Below, in pieces: positions 40,495 to 43,096 of a stretch of DNA of 43,096 nt. Below the pieces are notes generated by a model. The model was given only the letters and a program-made list of their open reading frames with translations. It searched no databases and was not told where the DNA came from. Position numbers and translations under genes: made by a program. How positions within the stretch are numbered: position 1 is the stretch's first letter; each line of letters opens with the position of its first letter. The DNA lies in the NCBI GenBank assembly GCA_964513345.1, contig CAZELY010000005.1, forward strand, positions 1-43,096, read 5' to 3'. The DNA is from an uncultured Muribaculaceae bacterium (GTDB lineage: Bacteria; Bacillota_I; Bacilli_A; RF39; UBA660).

Positions 40495-40650
40495 ATGGCT
40501 GCTATTAGAGAATTATCTTTTAGTAAAATACGATATGTCACTAAAATCGCATATAATTTGTCGATTTTTGACGACTCATTTTTGTTGAAAATAGGCACTT
40601 ATAGAGGTATAGTGATAGTGTAAGGAAATTACTAGAAGGGAGATGTAAGA

Positions 40651-40863
40651 GTGAGAGGAAAAGTTAAATGGTTTAACAATGACAAAGGTTTTGGGTTCAT
40701 TGAGTATAGTGATCAAGAAGACATCTTTGTTCATTATTCATCAATTCTTACGGAAGGCTATAAAACACTAGTTGAAGGACAATATGTCGAGTTTGAATTA
40801 GTGCGAACTGATAAAGGCCTTCAAGCCAAAAATGTAGTAGAAATTAAAACTACACTCGTGTAG
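40651..40863 (+). CDS. cold shock protein
   Basis: GKVKWFN.DKGFGFI, DIFVHYSSI; GTG start. Confidence 0.95.
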   Translation: MRGKVKWFNNDKGFGFIEYSDQEDIFVHYSSILTEGYKTLVEGQYVEFELVRTDKGLQAKNVVEIKTTLV

Positions 40864-40937
40864 TTTTTTATTTTGTCTGAAAAAACACCTGCAAATTTTA
40901 TATATCTGTGATATAATATTATTGGAAGGTGATGAAA

Positions 40938-41471
40938 ATGGAATACAGAATTAGTGGTAAAAAATTTAAGGTTACAGAAGACATAAAAAACTATGTCGAA
41001 GAAAAATTAGGCAAACTTGATAAATATTTTGAAACACCCGAACAAATTTCAGCTACAGTTATGATTAGACCAGATGGATTAAATCAAGTAGTTGAAGTTA
41101 CAATCCCAGCCAAAAGGATGATCTTACGTGCGGAAGAAGCTCATAAAGATCCATTTGCGGCGATTGATTTAGTGCTTGATAAATTAGAAAGGCAAATTAG
41201 AAAAAACAAAACACGCATGAGTAAAAAAGCTAACAAAGATAAAGTTATTGGTATCATGGTTGATTTTGAAACTGAAAAGGAAGAAAAAGATACTTCAAAA
41301 ATTGTTAAGAAAAAAGCAATCGAATTGAAACCAATGAGTGATGAAGAAGCAATTTTACAAATGAATTTAATAGATCATGATTTCTTTATGTTTAGAAATT
41401 CTAAAAATGGTGACGTTGAAGTAGTATATAAACGTAAAGATGGAAACTATGGATTAATTAAAGAAAAATAA
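40938..41471 (+). CDS. hpf: ribosome hibernation promoting factor, long form
   Basis: Y.EEKL.KL.KYF, AIDLV.DKLERQIRKNK, KPMS.EEAILQM, VYKRKDGNYG; start could be 40932 or 40938. Confidence 0.93.
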   Translation: MEYRISGKKFKVTEDIKNYVEEKLGKLDKYFETPEQISATVMIRPDGLNQVVEVTIPAKRMILRAEEAHKDPFAAIDLVLDKLERQIRKNKTRMSKKANKDKVIGIMVDFETEKEEKDTSKIVKKKAIELKPMSDEEAILQMNLIDHDFFMFRNSKNGDVEVVYKRKDGNYGLIKEK

Positions 41472-41551
41472 AGACTTTTTAGTCTTTTTTTATGGTATTT
41501 TTACTAGATTTTTGGTAAAATACTATATAGACGTCAGAAAGGATGATTGAC

Positions 41552-43096
41552 ATGGGGATATTAAAAAAAATATTTGATCACGAATATAAAGAATTAGAAC
41601 GTTTTAAGAAAATGGCTTTAGAAGTAGATGCTTTAGACAGCAAAATGAGCAAACTTACTGATAAAAAATTAAAAGCTAAAACAGATGAATTTAAAAAACG
41701 TTTAGACAAGGGTGAAGATATTGAAGATATATTAATTGAAGCTTTTGCTGTAGCTAGAGAAGCTGCATATCGTGTTATTGGTGAAAAACCATATTTAGTA
41801 CAAATTATTGGTGGGCTTTGTATTCACTATGGTAACATTGCTGAAATGAAAACTGGTGAAGGTAAAACTTTAACTTCTGTTTTGCCAGCATATGCCAATG
41901 CACTAACAGGCAAAGGTGTTCATATAATTACAGTCAATGAATACTTAGCAGGTCGTGATGCTGCTTGGATGGGTAAAATTTATGAATTTTTAGGGTTAAC
42001 TGTTGGTATTAATTATCGCGAATATTCAGCTGCTGAAAAAAGAGACGCTTATAACTGCGATATCATGTATTCAACCAATAACGAAATCGGTTTCGATTAT
42101 TTAAGAGACAATATGGTTGTTAAAGCTGAAGAAAGAGTTCAAAGACCACTTAACTTTGTTATTATCGACGAGGTTGACTCAGTATTAATCGATGAAGCAA
42201 GAACACCTTTAATTATTTCTGGTGGTAGAATGCAATCAGCTAATTTATATATTCAAGCCGATAAATTTGTTAAAGGATTAAAGGAAAACAAAGGTTACAT
42301 TTATGACGAAAAAACTAAAGCTGTATCATTAGATACTGATGGTATGAAAAAAGCTGAAAGCTATTTCAACTTAAAAAATTTATACGATATTGAACATACA
42401 ACTTTAGTACATTTTATTAATCAAGCCTTACGAGCAAATTATAGTATGAAAAGAGATTTTGACTATGTTGTTCAAGATGGCAAAATCATTATTGTCGATC
42501 AATTTACTGGTCGCTTGATGCCAGGAAGAAGCTTTTCGGAAGGACTTCATCAAGCTATTGAAGCCAAAGAAGGCGTAGAGATTAATGAAGAAACTAAGAC
42601 ACTAGCGACAATTACATTCCAAAATTTGTTTAGAATGTATGCTAAATTATCTGGTATGACAGGTACAGCTAAAACTGAAGAAGAAGAATTTAGAGATATT
42701 TATAACATGTATGTTATTCAAATACCTACTAATAAACCAGTTATTCGTGAAGACTTTGGTGATTTGATTTTCGCAACAGCAGCTGGTAAATATTCAGCCA
42801 TTGTTAAAGAAATTAAAGAAAGACATAAAAAAGGACAACCAGTATTAGTTGGTACAATTGCTGTTGAAAACAGTGAATTATTAAGTTCAATGCTTAAAAA
42901 AGAACATATTCCTCATGAAGTCTTAAATGCTAAAAATAACGCTAGAGAAGCTGAAATCATTGCTAAAGCTGGACAAAAAGGTGCCGTTACAATTGCCACT
43001 AACATGGCTGGTCGTGGTACCGATATTAAATTAGGCGAAGGTGTCAAAGAATTAGGTGGATTATGTGTTTTAGGAACTGAAAGACATGAATCAAGA
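41552..43096 (+). CDS. secA: preprotein translocase subunit SecA, 5' part (runs off window; not in ORF track)
   Basis: [58 protein letters not shown]. Confidence 0.98.
   Translation, partial: MGILKKIFDHEYKELERFKKMALEVDALDSKMSKLTDKKLKAKTDEFKKRLDKGEDIEDILIEAFAVAREAAYRVIGEKPYLVQIIGGLCIHYGNIAEMKTGEGKTLTSVLPAYANALTGKGVHIITVNEYLAGRDAAWMGKIYEFLGLTVGINYREYSAAEKRDAYNCDIMYSTNNEIGFDYLRDNMVVKAEERVQRPLNFVIIDEVDSVLIDEARTPLIISGGRMQSANLYIQADKFVKGLKENKGYIYDEKTKAVSLDTDGMKKAESYFNLKNLYDIEHTTLVHFINQALRANYSMKRDFDYVVQDGKIIIVDQFTGRLMPGRSFSEGLHQAIEAKEGVEINEETKTLATITFQNLFRMYAKLSGMTGTAKTEEEEFRDIYNMYVIQIPTNKPVIREDFGDLIFATAAGKYSAIVKEIKERHKKGQPVLVGTIAVENSELLSSMLKKEHIPHEVLNAKNNAREAEIIAKAGQKGAVTIATNMAGRGTDIKLGEGVKELGGLCVLGTERHESR

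Noticed and set aside
40864-40937. raiA-motif RNA upstream of hpf
   Set aside because: The intergenic space is about 70 nt and is accounted for by a terminator and a promoter

Overview
A low-GC, genetic-code-11 Firmicute chromosome segment. Gene order, sporulation enzymes and the missing L30 gene fit Bacilli such as order RF39, but that is an inference. Bases 1-10930 hold the S10-spc-alpha ribosomal superoperon (rpsS fragment to rplQ, with secY, adk, map, infA and rpmJ; rpmD is absent). An accessory block of about 4.5 kb interrupts the usual rplQ-ecfA link: a HipS-like/HipA-like kinase pair, a GT4 glycosyltransferase plus a stand-alone E2-like acyltransferase, an orphan ORF and an SDR. Next come a degenerate ECF module, truA and rplM-rpsI with an L13 leader. 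The middle of the window has an IMPase, mscL, a structured ~110-nt RNA candidate with its own promoter, RNA-modification genes, pyrG with an attenuator, a thioester-domain adhesin plus sortase, cwlD, an Abi_2/HEPN gene, htrA, cwlJ, and tRNA-Trp with a small islet. The last part has lipid enzymes, CIRCE-controlled hsp20, dedA, a transposase-derived HTH gene, a lipoprotein, a convergent agr quorum-sensing locus with an unannotated 39-aa AgrD, csp, hpf and the 5' part of secA. The supplied ORF track gives the wrong strand for 12164..13018 (it is on minus) and misses rpsS, rpmJ, agrD and secA.
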